Source: a virus
Virus record (IMG/VR): IMGVR_UViG_3300048800_000035
Coordinates: 1 to 35,700 of that record
Strand: one strand, 5' to 3'
Length of the DNA stretch: 35,700 nt
The notes under the pieces are model-generated. The model saw only the letters and a program-made list of their open reading frames with translations, ran no database searches and was not told the origin of the DNA. Position 1 is the stretch's first letter. Each line of letters starts with the position of its first letter. The translations under genes and the position numbers were made by a program. Below are positions 8,095-18,190 of this stretch, piece by piece.

Positions 8095-8543
8095 TCCAGC
8101 CCAACGAGCAGGACATCACCGATATGATTACCTGCGGGCAGATGGGCCGCATCTGGCATTGGCGCAAGGTCTACTACGCTCTAAAAAATCGTATGTTGCT
8201 ACTCTACGCCGTTCCTGACGGATGGGACTTGCAGGTTTGGTATGATGATGCCTGGTTAGGCGGTTACGGGGATATGCAAGATGATGAGCCGTGGGCTTGC
8301 CATCAACACATTCTTGAACGCTATATGCTCAATGGACACTTGTTTCACAAGCCGACCGATGAATTTTCCTACTGGAATCAATACAGCGCAACCAAACAAA
8401 GTGTAAATTTCGAGCACCTGAAACTAAACTGCAAGTATAAAATTGAGGGCAAGAAAAAGGGGATTTACACCGTGGTTGGGTTTCAAGCACTCAAGCGCCT
8501 TTTACGTCGCCATCCGTATGCCTTGAGAGGCGAGCTTGTATGA
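8091..8543 (+). CDS. Hypothetical protein
   Basis: ATGA overlaps. Confidence 0.7.
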   Translation: MIQPNEQDITDMITCGQMGRIWHWRKVYYALKNRMLLLYAVPDGWDLQVWYDDAWLGGYGDMQDDEPWACHQHILERYMLNGHLFHKPTDEFSYWNQYSATKQSVNFEHLKLNCKYKIEGKKKGIYTVVGFQALKRLLRRHPYALRGELV

Positions 8544-8764
8544 AACCCATTCACGACCAGACCGTCGAAGAACTCGTTCTCACAGCGTCCATTTTTGAAC
8601 TGCGCGTCGTGATTGCCGAACTAGAAGCCGGGAAGCGCAAAGAGCAACTTGAACTTATCGGTGTTCCAGCGTATGAAAGTCCGATGAAGTTGTTGCCAGA
8701 CGCCCTGGAGTTTGGATGTGTGTACACAGACATCGAAAATTCACTCCCTATCCAAAAGGGCTAA
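8540..8764 (+). CDS. Hypothetical protein
   Basis: ATGA overlap. Confidence 0.65.
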   Translation: MKPIHDQTVEELVLTASIFELRVVIAELEAGKRKEQLELIGVPAYESPMKLLPDALEFGCVYTDIENSLPIQKG

Positions 8765-9037
8765 ATGATCGAATTATGCTGCATCTGCCACGAGGTACTG
8801 ATTCCCACGTCCTTCGACAAGCATGGGTTGATTATTGCCGTTGGTATTGGTTGTCCCGACCAGCACTACGCCAAGGTCTTTGGGAACGGCGTGATGAGTG
8901 AGATTGTGGACGGGATGTGGTTCTCCTGCCACGTTACTGCGCCGATGAAAACTAAAGTCGGATGGCAGCATTTGATAAACAGGGCCGTGTTCAAGGCGTG
9001 CCGGAAGTATCGCGTCAAAATAGACCGCATCGAGTGA
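8765..9037 (+). CDS. Hypothetical Cys/His-rich protein
   Basis: CCIC...CPDQH; abuts the previous stop. Confidence 0.65.
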   Translation: MIELCCICHEVLIPTSFDKHGLIIAVGIGCPDQHYAKVFGNGVMSEIVDGMWFSCHVTAPMKTKVGWQHLINRAVFKACRKYRVKIDRIE

Positions 9038-9040
9038 GGC

Positions 9041-9376
9041 ATGACAAACAATCCGAAGGATAAGCAACGCGAGGCGAACAAGAGGTTCTTGGCTAAGCAC
9101 GGCAAGGAGTACATTGCTACCGCACACCAGCGCCACATAGACAAGATGAACGGCGCTGATATTAAGGACAGGCGGTTGAAGGTTGCTAATGAGTGTACTA
9201 TTGTCAGCGATCCCGACGAAAGTTGCAATTTCAACAAAGGCGCTGTTGTAGATAACGTTAAGGAAATGCTGGCAAGTGGTTCTTTTTCCAATGGAACAGT
9301 TGTAAATAAGTTGGGTAAATTGTACCGAGTATCGGGCGTTATAAATCAGAAGTTGGTTCTGGTAAATGACGCCTAG
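9041..9376 (+). CDS. Hypothetical protein
   Basis: GAGG RBS; fits the gene chain. Confidence 0.65.
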   Translation: MTNNPKDKQREANKRFLAKHGKEYIATAHQRHIDKMNGADIKDRRLKVANECTIVSDPDESCNFNKGAVVDNVKEMLASGSFSNGTVVNKLGKLYRVSGVINQKLVLVNDA

Positions 9377-9815
9377 CGTAAAAATAATCACCGATGGCTC
9401 CGCGCTGAGTACGGGTAGCGTGGGAGGATGGGCGGCTATCCTACAGTACGATGTGAACGGAGTAATGATTGAGAAGGAATTGAGTGGGCGTATTGACCTT
9501 GCTACAAACCAACGCGCCGAGCTACAAGCTGTGATTGAAGGGCTGAAAGCACTCAAACAATCCTGCGCCGTCGAGTTGATTAGTGACAGCGAGTATGTTG
9601 TTAAGGGATCAAATTATTGGTTGGCCCGTTGGGTTTACAAGGGATGGTGTACCAAAGGCCACAAACCCGTTGCCAATCTAGACCTTTGGAAACAAATCTA
9701 TGAGTTGAAACAATTGCACCAGGTAAAGGCAACTTGGGTAAAGGGGCACAGTTCAAATCCTTGGAACAACAGATGTGACGAGTTAGCAAATCAAGCACGT
9801 CTATCTGTTGTATAA
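9366..9815 (+). CDS. rnhA: Ribonuclease HI
   Basis: TDGS, TNQRAELQA, SDSEYV, NLDLW, WVKGHS and NNRCDELA; all four acidic catalytic residues present. Confidence 0.97.
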   Translation: MTPSVKIITDGSALSTGSVGGWAAILQYDVNGVMIEKELSGRIDLATNQRAELQAVIEGLKALKQSCAVELISDSEYVVKGSNYWLARWVYKGWCTKGHKPVANLDLWKQIYELKQLHQVKATWVKGHSSNPWNNRCDELANQARLSVV

Positions 9816-9842
9816 TCTGGCCTCGCATTTTCGGAGAGCAAC

Positions 9843-11114
9843 GTGACCTACAAAGCCATCGTATGCAAGTTGACGAATACCAGAAAGCACCCCGGCGCAG
9901 ACCGTTTGGCAATTTCGACCGTCAATGGATTTCAGGTGATCGTTGGGCTGGACGCCAAAGATGGAGATGTGGGTCTGTTCTTCAATACCGATGGAAGATT
10001 GTCGGAACCCTATTGCCAGAAGAACGATTTATTGAGAAGGAAGGCGGCAGACGGGACAAATGCTGGTGGCATGTTCGACGCCAACAGAAAAGTTCGTGCC
10101 CAACGCTTGCGGGGGGAAATTAGCGACGGATACTTTGCGTCATTGGATTCAGTCAAGTTCACTGGCTATAATGTTTCCAAGTTGAAAGTTGGCGATGAAT
10201 TTTCAGAACTCAACGGCGTAGAAATTTGTCGCAAGTACGAGACCCAAGCTACACTCAACGCCCGCGCCAAGCAGGCCGGCAAGCAAGCCCGTACCGAACT
10301 CAAGATGTTCCGCAAGCACTTCGAGACGGAGCAATTTCGAAACGTGGCCGAGAAGATTCCAGCAGGGGCTTTGCTAATCATAAGTGAAAAATTTCACGGA
10401 AGTTCACATCGCACTACGCGAACACTTGATAACAAGAAACTGCACCCGCTGGTGGAGTGGGGCTATCGCAAGTTGAAACGCCCATTGCCTCGCGAGTGGA
10501 AGTACCTACACGGGAGCCGCAACATTATTCTCGACGGTGGGTTGAATGATCCGTATTACAATTCCCAATTCCGCCAGTCTGCTGTAAATAAGTTGGAGGG
10601 TAATTTACACAAGGGCGAAGTGGTGTATCTTGAGATTGTGGGGTACATCAACGACACGACGCCTATCATGCCTGTTCACAATTCTGGTAAGACGAAAGAC
10701 AAAGAACTGATAAAGACCTACGGCAAAGAGATGGTCTATCGGTATGGGAATGTGCCTGGCCAATGCTCTCCCGCCGTCTACCGTATCGTAATGACAAACG
10801 AGGACGGCATTCAGACCGAGTTGTCATGGGAGCAAGTCAAACGGCGCTGTAAAGAACTCAACATCCCGACAGTTCCAGAAGTCATTGCGCCGTTTGTTTA
10901 CGATGGGGATTCAAAAGCACTCAGGGCATTGTGCGAGAAGTTATCGGTCGGCCCGTCGCTGCTGGATAAGACACACATTCGAGAAGGTGTGTGTATCCGA
11001 GTTGAGTCGGCGTCTATGTTCACCATTGCCAAGCTCAAGAACTTCACCTTTCTCGAACTCGAATCAAATCAGAAGGATGATGATACAGTTGTGGACATTG
11101 AGGAGGCTGCATGA
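9843..11114 (+). CDS. ATP-dependent RNA ligase, Rnl2/DRB0094 family with N-terminal OB-fold
   Basis: HPGADRL and LRGEISDG (N-terminal domain); nucleotidyltransferase motifs SEKFHGSS, YLEIVG, REGVCIR and KLKN. Confidence 0.9.
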   Translation: MTYKAIVCKLTNTRKHPGADRLAISTVNGFQVIVGLDAKDGDVGLFFNTDGRLSEPYCQKNDLLRRKAADGTNAGGMFDANRKVRAQRLRGEISDGYFASLDSVKFTGYNVSKLKVGDEFSELNGVEICRKYETQATLNARAKQAGKQARTELKMFRKHFETEQFRNVAEKIPAGALLIISEKFHGSSHRTTRTLDNKKLHPLVEWGYRKLKRPLPREWKYLHGSRNIILDGGLNDPYYNSQFRQSAVNKLEGNLHKGEVVYLEIVGYINDTTPIMPVHNSGKTKDKELIKTYGKEMVYRYGNVPGQCSPAVYRIVMTNEDGIQTELSWEQVKRRCKELNIPTVPEVIAPFVYDGDSKALRALCEKLSVGPSLLDKTHIREGVCIRVESASMFTIAKLKNFTFLELESNQKDDDTVVDIEEAA

Positions 11115-11317
11115 TAGACATTGATCGCAACCGCCGTTATGCTAGACTGATGACGCTCGCCAAGAAACCGGACGACTCCATGATTGCTTACCTATGGATT
11201 TCTGCCTCCCGGTGGGAAACTTACATCGGCGCTATGCGTTACCTAAAACAGAACAATCTATCTGTATCCGAACCCGCTGTAAATTTGCATTTACATAATG
11301 TTGCTAGGGAGCTTTGA
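11111..11317 (+). CDS. Hypothetical protein
   Basis: GAGGAGG RBS; ATGA overlap. Confidence 0.65.
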   Translation: MIDIDRNRRYARLMTLAKKPDDSMIAYLWISASRWETYIGAMRYLKQNNLSVSEPAVNLHLHNVAREL

Positions 11318-12018
11318 TGACCACCATTACCCTGTCTGAAAGTTTGCCCGCTGGAACTTACACCCTTGCGCCGATTGCCTCTCCTGTTGCTGGGCCAAAC
11401 GGTGACGTTGGCGTTGACCTTAGCACTTTCAACGATGTGAAGGACTTTCTTGCAATCAAGAACGCTGGAAAGAAGGTCTTGATTCATCGTTGCACACTAG
11501 GCTCGACTGGCCTCGACAAACAGTATCGAAACCGCTGGCCGGAAATTGTCCAAACCAAGTTTGATTTCTACGGCATCTACCACCTGTTCATTCCCGGTGT
11601 GTCGGGGAAAGCGCAGTACGATAACTTGATGGCCGTCACGCAGGGGGACCTCGGGAACTACCCTCTCACCGTTGACGTGGAGCCTATTCCCGATGGACAG
11701 ACCTATCCCAATCCGATGACAGATGTTATTGCGCCGCTCCGCGATATGCTCTCGCTCATCAAGGCGACCTATAAACCGATCATCTACACGCGGGCAAGCG
11801 CGGCGACAATTATGGGATTTGACAAGGAAACTTGGTTGCTGGACTATCCGCTTCATACAGCCAACTATACGTTGACTGGAACGGCGCTGGTTTCCGATCC
11901 GTGGCACAGCGCGGCCAAGATGCAATTTGCCTGGCAGCACTGGAACAAAGGTGTTGTGCCAGGGGTGTTGGGGAACGTGGACCTGGATAGTTACACTGGA
12001 CTGCCCTTTACGGCATGA
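11314..12018 (+). CDS. GH25 lysozyme/muramidase
   Basis: GVDLS, GIYHLF, catalytic VDVE, PIIYT, WQH...GVVPGVLGNVDLD. Confidence 0.9.
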   Translation: MMTTITLSESLPAGTYTLAPIASPVAGPNGDVGVDLSTFNDVKDFLAIKNAGKKVLIHRCTLGSTGLDKQYRNRWPEIVQTKFDFYGIYHLFIPGVSGKAQYDNLMAVTQGDLGNYPLTVDVEPIPDGQTYPNPMTDVIAPLRDMLSLIKATYKPIIYTRASAATIMGFDKETWLLDYPLHTANYTLTGTALVSDPWHSAAKMQFAWQHWNKGVVPGVLGNVDLDSYTGLPFTA

Positions 12019-12497
12019 GAGTCCCGGCGTGGAAACAGCAGACCGCTATAGCCGATGAGTTTGGACAATCGTTCTCGGAAGTCATAAGGGACTATCGCCG
12101 GGACGGGTACGAGTGGAAAACAATCGCCGGCTCACTCGAAATACCATACTCCGCTCTTAGGCGATGGGTCAAAGAACTTGAACTAGAAGATGGGGTAAGA
12201 AACGGCGCAAGCCACAAGTCCTTTATTCCGCAGAGGGCAAAAGAACTTGGCTACCCTAGTATCCAAGCGATGATTGTTGAATATCGTGGCAATGGGAAGA
12301 TGCTCAAAGAACTTGCCGCCGACATCGGATGCCATGCGTCAAAGTTGTATGTTTACATGCCGGAAGATGTCAAGGGGTTGTGGGTATTAGACCCAAGCCA
12401 ACGGAAGAACAACAACGTCTACAAGCGTAAAAAGACAAAGGGTTTATGGGCCTTAGATAGATATGGGACCAACCGAACTAACTCAACTGGGACTTGA
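12015..12497 (+). CDS. Tandem HTH DNA-binding protein
   Basis: WKTIAGSLEIPYSALRRW and LKELAADIGCHASKLY. Confidence 0.7.
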   Translation: MRVPAWKQQTAIADEFGQSFSEVIRDYRRDGYEWKTIAGSLEIPYSALRRWVKELELEDGVRNGASHKSFIPQRAKELGYPSIQAMIVEYRGNGKMLKELAADIGCHASKLYVYMPEDVKGLWVLDPSQRKNNNVYKRKKTKGLWALDRYGTNRTNSTGT

Positions 12498-13371
12498 CTC
12501 GATTGCTTTCAAAAGATCGGACTCTATCAGTTGGCGAGGCCCATGCCCTTTTTGTAAAGGTACAAGACGGTTTACGATTTGGACATGGCGTCCATTCCCA
12601 CACTGGAATTACGTATGTGATGGATGCGGTAAGAAGGGATGGGCAGACCAACTCAACTCATCCCTTGCCAGGGACATATCCGCCGAACTCAAGGCGGAAT
12701 GGGATCACATACGCCGTGAAGAACAAAAGAGGCAAGATGGATTACTACTTCATCGACGTAAAAGATTTGCCGACAGCCGTCTTTGGGAAACTTATCACGC
12801 TCGACTAACACAGTATCACCGCACGATACTACGCCAATGGGGTATAGAGGATGCCTGGCAGGACTATCTCCAAATAGGTTTCGTAAGTCACAAGTATTAC
12901 TGGAACGAAAAGATGCGGCACTCACCGGCGATTTCGTTTCCCTACTTTGGCCCCGATTGGGAGCCAATTACCATGCAGTACCGACTCATGGGCGAGGGGA
13001 TAGAGGACAGATACCGATTTGAAAAGGGACTAGGCACTCACTTCTACAACCCAACGCCGGATGAGCCTATCGGGGAGGACGTGGTGATTGTGGAGGGTGT
13101 CAAGAAGTCCATTGTCCTGTGCATAAAGGGACGGTTGAACTTGAAAGTATTGGCTATCCCCAGCAAGTCAGACTTCGGCGGGATAGAGGCGGCTGTGAAG
13201 AATTGCGTCAGGAAGTGGGTGCTGCTTGACCCGGACTCCATTACACAATCGGCTAAATTGGCATCAAGGATCGACGGGAAGGACATCACCCCTATGTTAG
13301 ACGCCAAGGTGGACGATTATTTGCTGGCGGTGCCTTGCGGCTGGAAGAACCTACGGGAAATCGTGGCATGA
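12463..13371 (+). CDS. DNA primase-like protein (Zn finger + TOPRIM)
   Basis: GPCPFC...CDGC, QYR, VIVEGVKK, LLDPD. Confidence 0.8.
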   Translation: MGPTELTQLGLDSIAFKRSDSISWRGPCPFCKGTRRFTIWTWRPFPHWNYVCDGCGKKGWADQLNSSLARDISAELKAEWDHIRREEQKRQDGLLLHRRKRFADSRLWETYHARLTQYHRTILRQWGIEDAWQDYLQIGFVSHKYYWNEKMRHSPAISFPYFGPDWEPITMQYRLMGEGIEDRYRFEKGLGTHFYNPTPDEPIGEDVVIVEGVKKSIVLCIKGRLNLKVLAIPSKSDFGGIEAAVKNCVRKWVLLDPDSITQSAKLASRIDGKDITPMLDAKVDDYLLAVPCGWKNLREIVA

Positions 13372-14021
13372 GCGTTGTAAATTTACAATTCGGGGACTGC
13401 TTGGACATCCTGCCCACCTTGACTGGTATAGACGCTGTAATAACCGATCCGCCGTATGGGATCAATGGCGGATCGGGACATATAAATCTTGAGCGAGGTA
13501 AGGGAAATTACGGCGAACTGGAAGATACCCCTGAATACATTCGCGATGTAATAGTTCCGATTGTGTGCCGACTGATTGATGCTTGTGGATGCGTAGTTCT
13601 CACCCCAGGCAATAAGAACTTCTCTCTCTACCCACAGCCGGATAGTTTTGGCGTATTTTACCAACCAGCGTCAGTTGGCTTGCAAGTGTTCGGTAACTGT
13701 GATGCTCAACCAATCTTTTACTACGGCAAGAACCCAACCAAGAAAAACATGGGCACAAAATTATCATGGCAACTAACCGAAGCGCCGGAAAAGAACGGGC
13801 ACCCCTGTGTCAAACCGATAAAGGCATGGACTAAGTTGGTTGCCGCCGTGACCCTGCCCGGCATGACGGTATTCGATCCTTTTATGGGCAGCGGCACGAC
13901 CGGCGTAGCCTGTATAAATCTCGGACTCAATTTTATCGGTTGTGAAATTGACGAAGGTTATTTCAAGATTGCCGAGCGCCGTATCCGAGAAGCGCAGTCC
14001 CAACTCAGGCTTGAGATATGA
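13368..14021 (+). CDS. DNA N6-adenine/N4-cytosine methyltransferase (beta class)
   Basis: GDCL, TDPPYG, HPCVKP, DPFMGSGTTG, IGCEID; ATG 13368 in an ATGA overlap. Confidence 0.95.
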   Translation: MSVVNLQFGDCLDILPTLTGIDAVITDPPYGINGGSGHINLERGKGNYGELEDTPEYIRDVIVPIVCRLIDACGCVVLTPGNKNFSLYPQPDSFGVFYQPASVGLQVFGNCDAQPIFYYGKNPTKKNMGTKLSWQLTEAPEKNGHPCVKPIKAWTKLVAAVTLPGMTVFDPFMGSGTTGVACINLGLNFIGCEIDEGYFKIAERRIREAQSQLRLEI

Positions 14022-14428
14022 CCAAAACCAAAGTCTATTCCCCCATCCAGATTCTAGCCTTCAAGTTTGTGAAGGAAATACTAGGCAGGGAGTTCGACTT
14101 TCGTTTTGACCGCCGTTGGATGGCTGAGGCGAAGAGAATATGTGAACCAGAAGAAGGCTATCCAATAAGTCCAGATATGGTATGGGGTTGTTTGAAGTGT
14201 CTACAGATGGGCATGTTCGGATTTGACAAGCAGATTCAATCGCTTTGGCTCGTGACGTATGGCGAACCACCTTACATTACGCAGTATGCAGAGTACATTG
14301 CACAACCACCATCTTTCTATCTGTCCGATCAAGTTAAAGATTGGGAGAAACTAACCAACAAAACCGCATACCCTGATGCCAGCGATGGTATAATGGTGAC
14401 TTCAACTTTTACACCCACACTGGAATAA
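14018..14428 (+). CDS. Hypothetical protein (replication cluster)
   Basis: ATGA overlap; lies between the MTase and the helicase. Confidence 0.7.
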   Translation: MTKTKVYSPIQILAFKFVKEILGREFDFRFDRRWMAEAKRICEPEEGYPISPDMVWGCLKCLQMGMFGFDKQIQSLWLVTYGEPPYITQYAEYIAQPPSFYLSDQVKDWEKLTNKTAYPDASDGIMVTSTFTPTLE

Positions 14429-14431
14429 AAT

Positions 14432-15745
14432 ATGATCGACAGTCTTGACTCCGCGCTGGTAACACTTGTCAGCCACGGCGAAGTAGATAATCTTATTCGG
14501 AACGGATGTCAGATTGATTGGATAGTGGACGATGATGCTAAGTTGATTTATTTGGCAGCGGTTGAGATGCTACATGGGCCTCGGCCAATTTCTCCAAACA
14601 GAATTAACTTGCTTGCAAATTGCTGGGGGCAACTGAAAGACCAAAAGACAATCAAGCAACTGGTTAGTCTCAACGGAACAGGCGAGGCCTCGGCTCCAAT
14701 CATTGCCGACAAGCTCCTCAACCGCTACCTCGGCAACAACGCCAAAAAATCCGTATCGAAGTTTTCAACCCTCCTGTCTCAAAAACCAAACGAAGCAAAG
14801 AATTTTTTACCGCAGTTCCTAATCGAGATGGAACATCTATCGAAGTCTGGACAAGCATACGACCCAAGACCGTCAGCCCACAAGGGTTCCATCGTTCCGC
14901 CCATACTTTTCAAAAGCAGGTTATCGGCGCTGAATGAAATATTCGGTGGCAAGGCGCAGGATGGTGGAGGCTATCGCAAGGGATGGTGGGCATTGTGGAT
15001 GGGGGCGACAGGACGCGGGAAAACCTCTTGGGGTTACAGCATGACCGTGGATGGCATCTTGCAGGATAAGAAGGTCGTTTTTATTTCCAAAGAACGGCAG
15101 GAACAAGTCAGAGCCAGAGTGTTACTTGGATTGACTGGGCTAACCCTAGACGAAATCGGGAAAGAGAAGGCGGCACAGCAAACACCCATTACGGATGCCG
15201 ATGGCGAAGTAGCAATGGTTCGGGATCGTATGGGTAATGTCATTGGCCCTTGGCATGAAGTCGAAACGCGCCAAAAGATTCTCACTCAATACTCCGAGAA
15301 GGTTGAGCGGCTTTTGAGACTTTACGATTGGTCGTTCTCGCCGCACCGACAAGTAAAAGCAATTATCTCCGCCGAGAAACCGGATATGGTCAACGGCGAT
15401 TTCTACGATGTGACTGATGTAGTTGGGAATGACAAGGTAGTGGGGTTGGGGGTTATCTCACGCGAGAACGAAAAGATTGCTCACGAAACGGGCGTTCACT
15501 TCAACGGATTCTTTCAGATTGCCGGCCAGGAAAAGAAAGACTACGAGAAGAATGACTCACATGCCATATCCGGTCCGTTCGGGAGTTCGATGGCTACGCA
15601 GTTTGCGGATACTGTATTGCAAACTAAGTGGGACAGACAACCAAACATGCAACATACACGCCGTAACAAGTGCCGCTTGGGTGGACTTGAGGACAGTTGG
15701 GTGATGCGGTTTGACCCCCAACGGTGGCTTTTCTTCGACAAATAA
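14432..15745 (+). CDS. Divergent DnaB-like (SF4) replicative helicase
   Basis: Walker A GATGRGKT, FISKE, D..D, FFQ, QFADTV and KCR arginine finger. Confidence 0.8.
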   Translation: MIDSLDSALVTLVSHGEVDNLIRNGCQIDWIVDDDAKLIYLAAVEMLHGPRPISPNRINLLANCWGQLKDQKTIKQLVSLNGTGEASAPIIADKLLNRYLGNNAKKSVSKFSTLLSQKPNEAKNFLPQFLIEMEHLSKSGQAYDPRPSAHKGSIVPPILFKSRLSALNEIFGGKAQDGGGYRKGWWALWMGATGRGKTSWGYSMTVDGILQDKKVVFISKERQEQVRARVLLGLTGLTLDEIGKEKAAQQTPITDADGEVAMVRDRMGNVIGPWHEVETRQKILTQYSEKVERLLRLYDWSFSPHRQVKAIISAEKPDMVNGDFYDVTDVVGNDKVVGLGVISRENEKIAHETGVHFNGFFQIAGQEKKDYEKNDSHAISGPFGSSMATQFADTVLQTKWDRQPNMQHTRRNKCRLGGLEDSWVMRFDPQRWLFFDK

Positions 15746-15762
15746 CTCCCCAATATTGCCTA

Positions 15763-15791
15763 TTGCAATCTAAATAGAATGTTGTTATATT
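15763..15791 (+). promoter_or_regulatory. Sigma70 promoter
   Basis: TTGCAA-17 nt-TATATT with extended TG in an AT-rich intergenic gap. Confidence 0.7.
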
Positions 15792-15828
15792 ATACACATT
15801 GATATTCAACTAGCCGAAAACGACTAAC

Positions 15829-16083
15829 GTGAACTCCTATCCCCGTCGCTCCACATTTCTCGGCCACCTCATTTCGTCGTTACCCAATCACGCACTTTGC
15901 GCCGAATGTCATTCTATTCTGATCTACGCTTGCGGGTTGGATACAGAGGTTCTAACCTGCGCTAAAGAACAATTGCATGTTGGACTGGTAGATCGTAAGG
16001 ATGTTGTGATTGAACCAGTCGTTTTGTCGTTCACTCGCCAGCAGCAAGCACTCGGAATCGCGTCACTCTTTGGAGAAGAATAA
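15829..16083 (+). CDS. Hypothetical Zn-binding protein
   Basis: CAEC...C...H; TAATG overlap with the next gene. Confidence 0.55.
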   Translation: MNSYPRRSTFLGHLISSLPNHALCAECHSILIYACGLDTEVLTCAKEQLHVGLVDRKDVVIEPVVLSFTRQQQALGIASLFGEE

Positions 16084-17411
16084 TGCCTACGTTTCTCTTT
16101 CAAAAGGCCAGTAAGCGCAAAGTCAAGGCCCGCATCGCTATTGATGGGCCATCTGGTTCAGGTAAAACTTACAGCGCCCTGATTGCCGCTACTGTTCTGG
16201 CCGAGGGCGGCAGGATTGCGGTGATTGACACCGAGCATGGTTCGGCATCTCTCTATTCAGACGAGTTCGATTTCGACGTTCTGGAACTGACCAACTTCAA
16301 TCCACGAAACTACATCGAGTCGATTGCGGCGGCAGCACAAGAAGGCTACGCCGTTGTAGTGATCGACAGTCTTTCCCATGCGTGGGAAGGGGCGGGTGGT
16401 GCCTTGGAATTGGTTGAGGATGCTACCAAACGCAGCAAGAGTGGCAACAGTTACACAGCCTGGCATGACGTGACTCCGTTACAGCGCGACATGATTGATG
16501 CCATGCTCCAAAGCAAGTGTCACGTCATTGCTACGATGCGCTCCAAGATGGAGTACGTTCAAGAGAAAGACAACAACGGCAAGACGATTATTCGTAAGGT
16601 TGGACTTGCGCCGGTCCAGCGGCAAGGTACTGAGTATGAATTCTCAATCGTTGCCGACATGGATACCGACCACAATCTTGTCGTGAGCAAGTCTCGTTGC
16701 AAGGCTATGGCCGACAAGGTTCAAAACAAACCCGACGCTAAGTTCTGGAAAGTGTTTCTGGACTGGCTCAATTCCGGCGCTGACGATGAACCAAAAACTG
16801 CATTCAAGTCTGAGATTCCACCTTCTCCTCCTGCTCCTGATACTGTATCCGCCGAACCAACTAGTAGAAAGGTTGATCCGTCTGGGGTGACAGACGCGGT
16901 TGCTCCCGTTAAGCGACCGATGGTTTTCCGATTTACCCATCGGGGGCAGAATGAGAAGGTGGAGCACGCCAGTGACGACGATGTTGTGGGAAATGCACTT
17001 ACTAAAGAGCCGCTAAAGACTTGGTTCGATGAGGTAATCGTCAAGTCATTCAACGCCAAGACTCACTACTACAACCATATCGACCATCATTTCGGAAAGA
17101 AGTCGGCGCTGAATCTGACCTGGGGCATGCTTGGCTGTCTTTCGGATCATGTGATTGCTGGTGTCGAGTATCCGAAAGAATACAATCCAACGCCGAAGAA
17201 GGAACCCAAGTCGAAGTCAGTTGAGGCGGCTGTCGATCCCATCATGGTTGAATTTGTGGAAAATATGTGCAAAAAGTTCAATGTGACTGAACTTCCTGCA
17301 CAAGTTTTGTCCGAAATTACTACGGCAGTCAAGCAAGGCATGTTCTCTCTTGAAAACAAAGATGACGTTGATGCGATTGAACTGACCATTTCCGAGGCGC
17401 TACCTAAGTGA
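16083..17411 (+). CDS. AAA_24/Sak4-like P-loop ATPase (recombination) with C-terminal extension
   Basis: GPSGSGKT, IDTEHGSA, VIDSLSHAWEG, HVIATMRSK, EYEF. Confidence 0.85.
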   Translation: MPTFLFQKASKRKVKARIAIDGPSGSGKTYSALIAATVLAEGGRIAVIDTEHGSASLYSDEFDFDVLELTNFNPRNYIESIAAAAQEGYAVVVIDSLSHAWEGAGGALELVEDATKRSKSGNSYTAWHDVTPLQRDMIDAMLQSKCHVIATMRSKMEYVQEKDNNGKTIIRKVGLAPVQRQGTEYEFSIVADMDTDHNLVVSKSRCKAMADKVQNKPDAKFWKVFLDWLNSGADDEPKTAFKSEIPPSPPAPDTVSAEPTSRKVDPSGVTDAVAPVKRPMVFRFTHRGQNEKVEHASDDDVVGNALTKEPLKTWFDEVIVKSFNAKTHYYNHIDHHFGKKSALNLTWGMLGCLSDHVIAGVEYPKEYNPTPKKEPKSKSVEAAVDPIMVEFVENMCKKFNVTELPAQVLSEITTAVKQGMFSLENKDDVDAIELTISEALPK

Positions 17412-18190
17412 CCGGGGAAGTCAGGACTCTCACCTACCCCGACGAGTGGTTGGCAGATATTGAGGATGCGCTTGCTCATCCCGAAAAGTTTAGGTTTGCG
17501 GGTTACGACGAACTGACTGAACCGGGTGGTATTGCAAGAGAACAAAGGAACATCGTCGTTCCGGCTTTTCTGGCAGAGCAATTTGATCTGTTTCACAGTC
17601 GCGCAATTTCCCATGCTGTTACCAAGGGACAGCATGAGGCCGCAGCGTTGTTGAACTTCTATATTGTGTTGAAATACAGATTGTGGCGCGGCGGAGAGTT
17701 CCACACCAGGCTTGAGTACATCGAGGAAGTAACCAACCAACCCTTCTCGGTAGCCAGTAGCACGATTGACCACTATTGTAGTCACATTGACGACCTGCTT
17801 GAACAAAAGATGCCACTACGGTTGATCGTCAATGCGCTGGGCATGGCTAAGGGGGCGACGGCGCGAGTTGCGAAGATGGGACAAGAAGTTATCCCAAACG
17901 GTAATCGGGAAGGGTTACTAGAAACAATCTCCGACCTGTCACCCGCCGAGGCGCATCGCTTCCTTGACGATCTGGAACAGAAAGACGTGATAGCTGGCAT
18001 CTCTGCTAACTATGTTGAGGATACCAGTCGGTTGGTCTTGGAGGTTCTTGTGACTCACCCAATGCCACAGGGGGCCAAAGACGCATCGCGGGACAGGTAC
18101 TACATCACCTGTCTGGACTGTCCGAAAGAAGTAGCGATGTGGCTCTGTGAGAAAACACACGTCCGGGCGACACGGCGGGAGTTCAAGTAA
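17408..18190 (+). CDS. Hypothetical protein
   Basis: 260 aa; GTGA and TAATG overlaps. Confidence 0.75.
   Translation: MTGEVRTLTYPDEWLADIEDALAHPEKFRFAGYDELTEPGGIAREQRNIVVPAFLAEQFDLFHSRAISHAVTKGQHEAAALLNFYIVLKYRLWRGGEFHTRLEYIEEVTNQPFSVASSTIDHYCSHIDDLLEQKMPLRLIVNALGMAKGATARVAKMGQEVIPNGNREGLLETISDLSPAEAHRFLDDLEQKDVIAGISANYVEDTSRLVLEVLVTHPMPQGAKDASRDRYYITCLDCPKEVAMWLCEKTHVRATRREFK

Noticed and set aside
8774-9556. 260-aa minus-strand ORF
   Set aside because: Antisense to RNase HI and coupled plus-strand genes; no motifs.
13368-14021. Restriction-modification system
   Set aside because: Orphan methyltransferase within replication genes with no cognate restriction enzyme adjacent; common in phages.
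17147-17806. 219-aa minus-strand ORF (and similar shadows such as 29878..30405 and 34628..35008)
   Set aside because: Fully overlap well-supported plus-strand genes.
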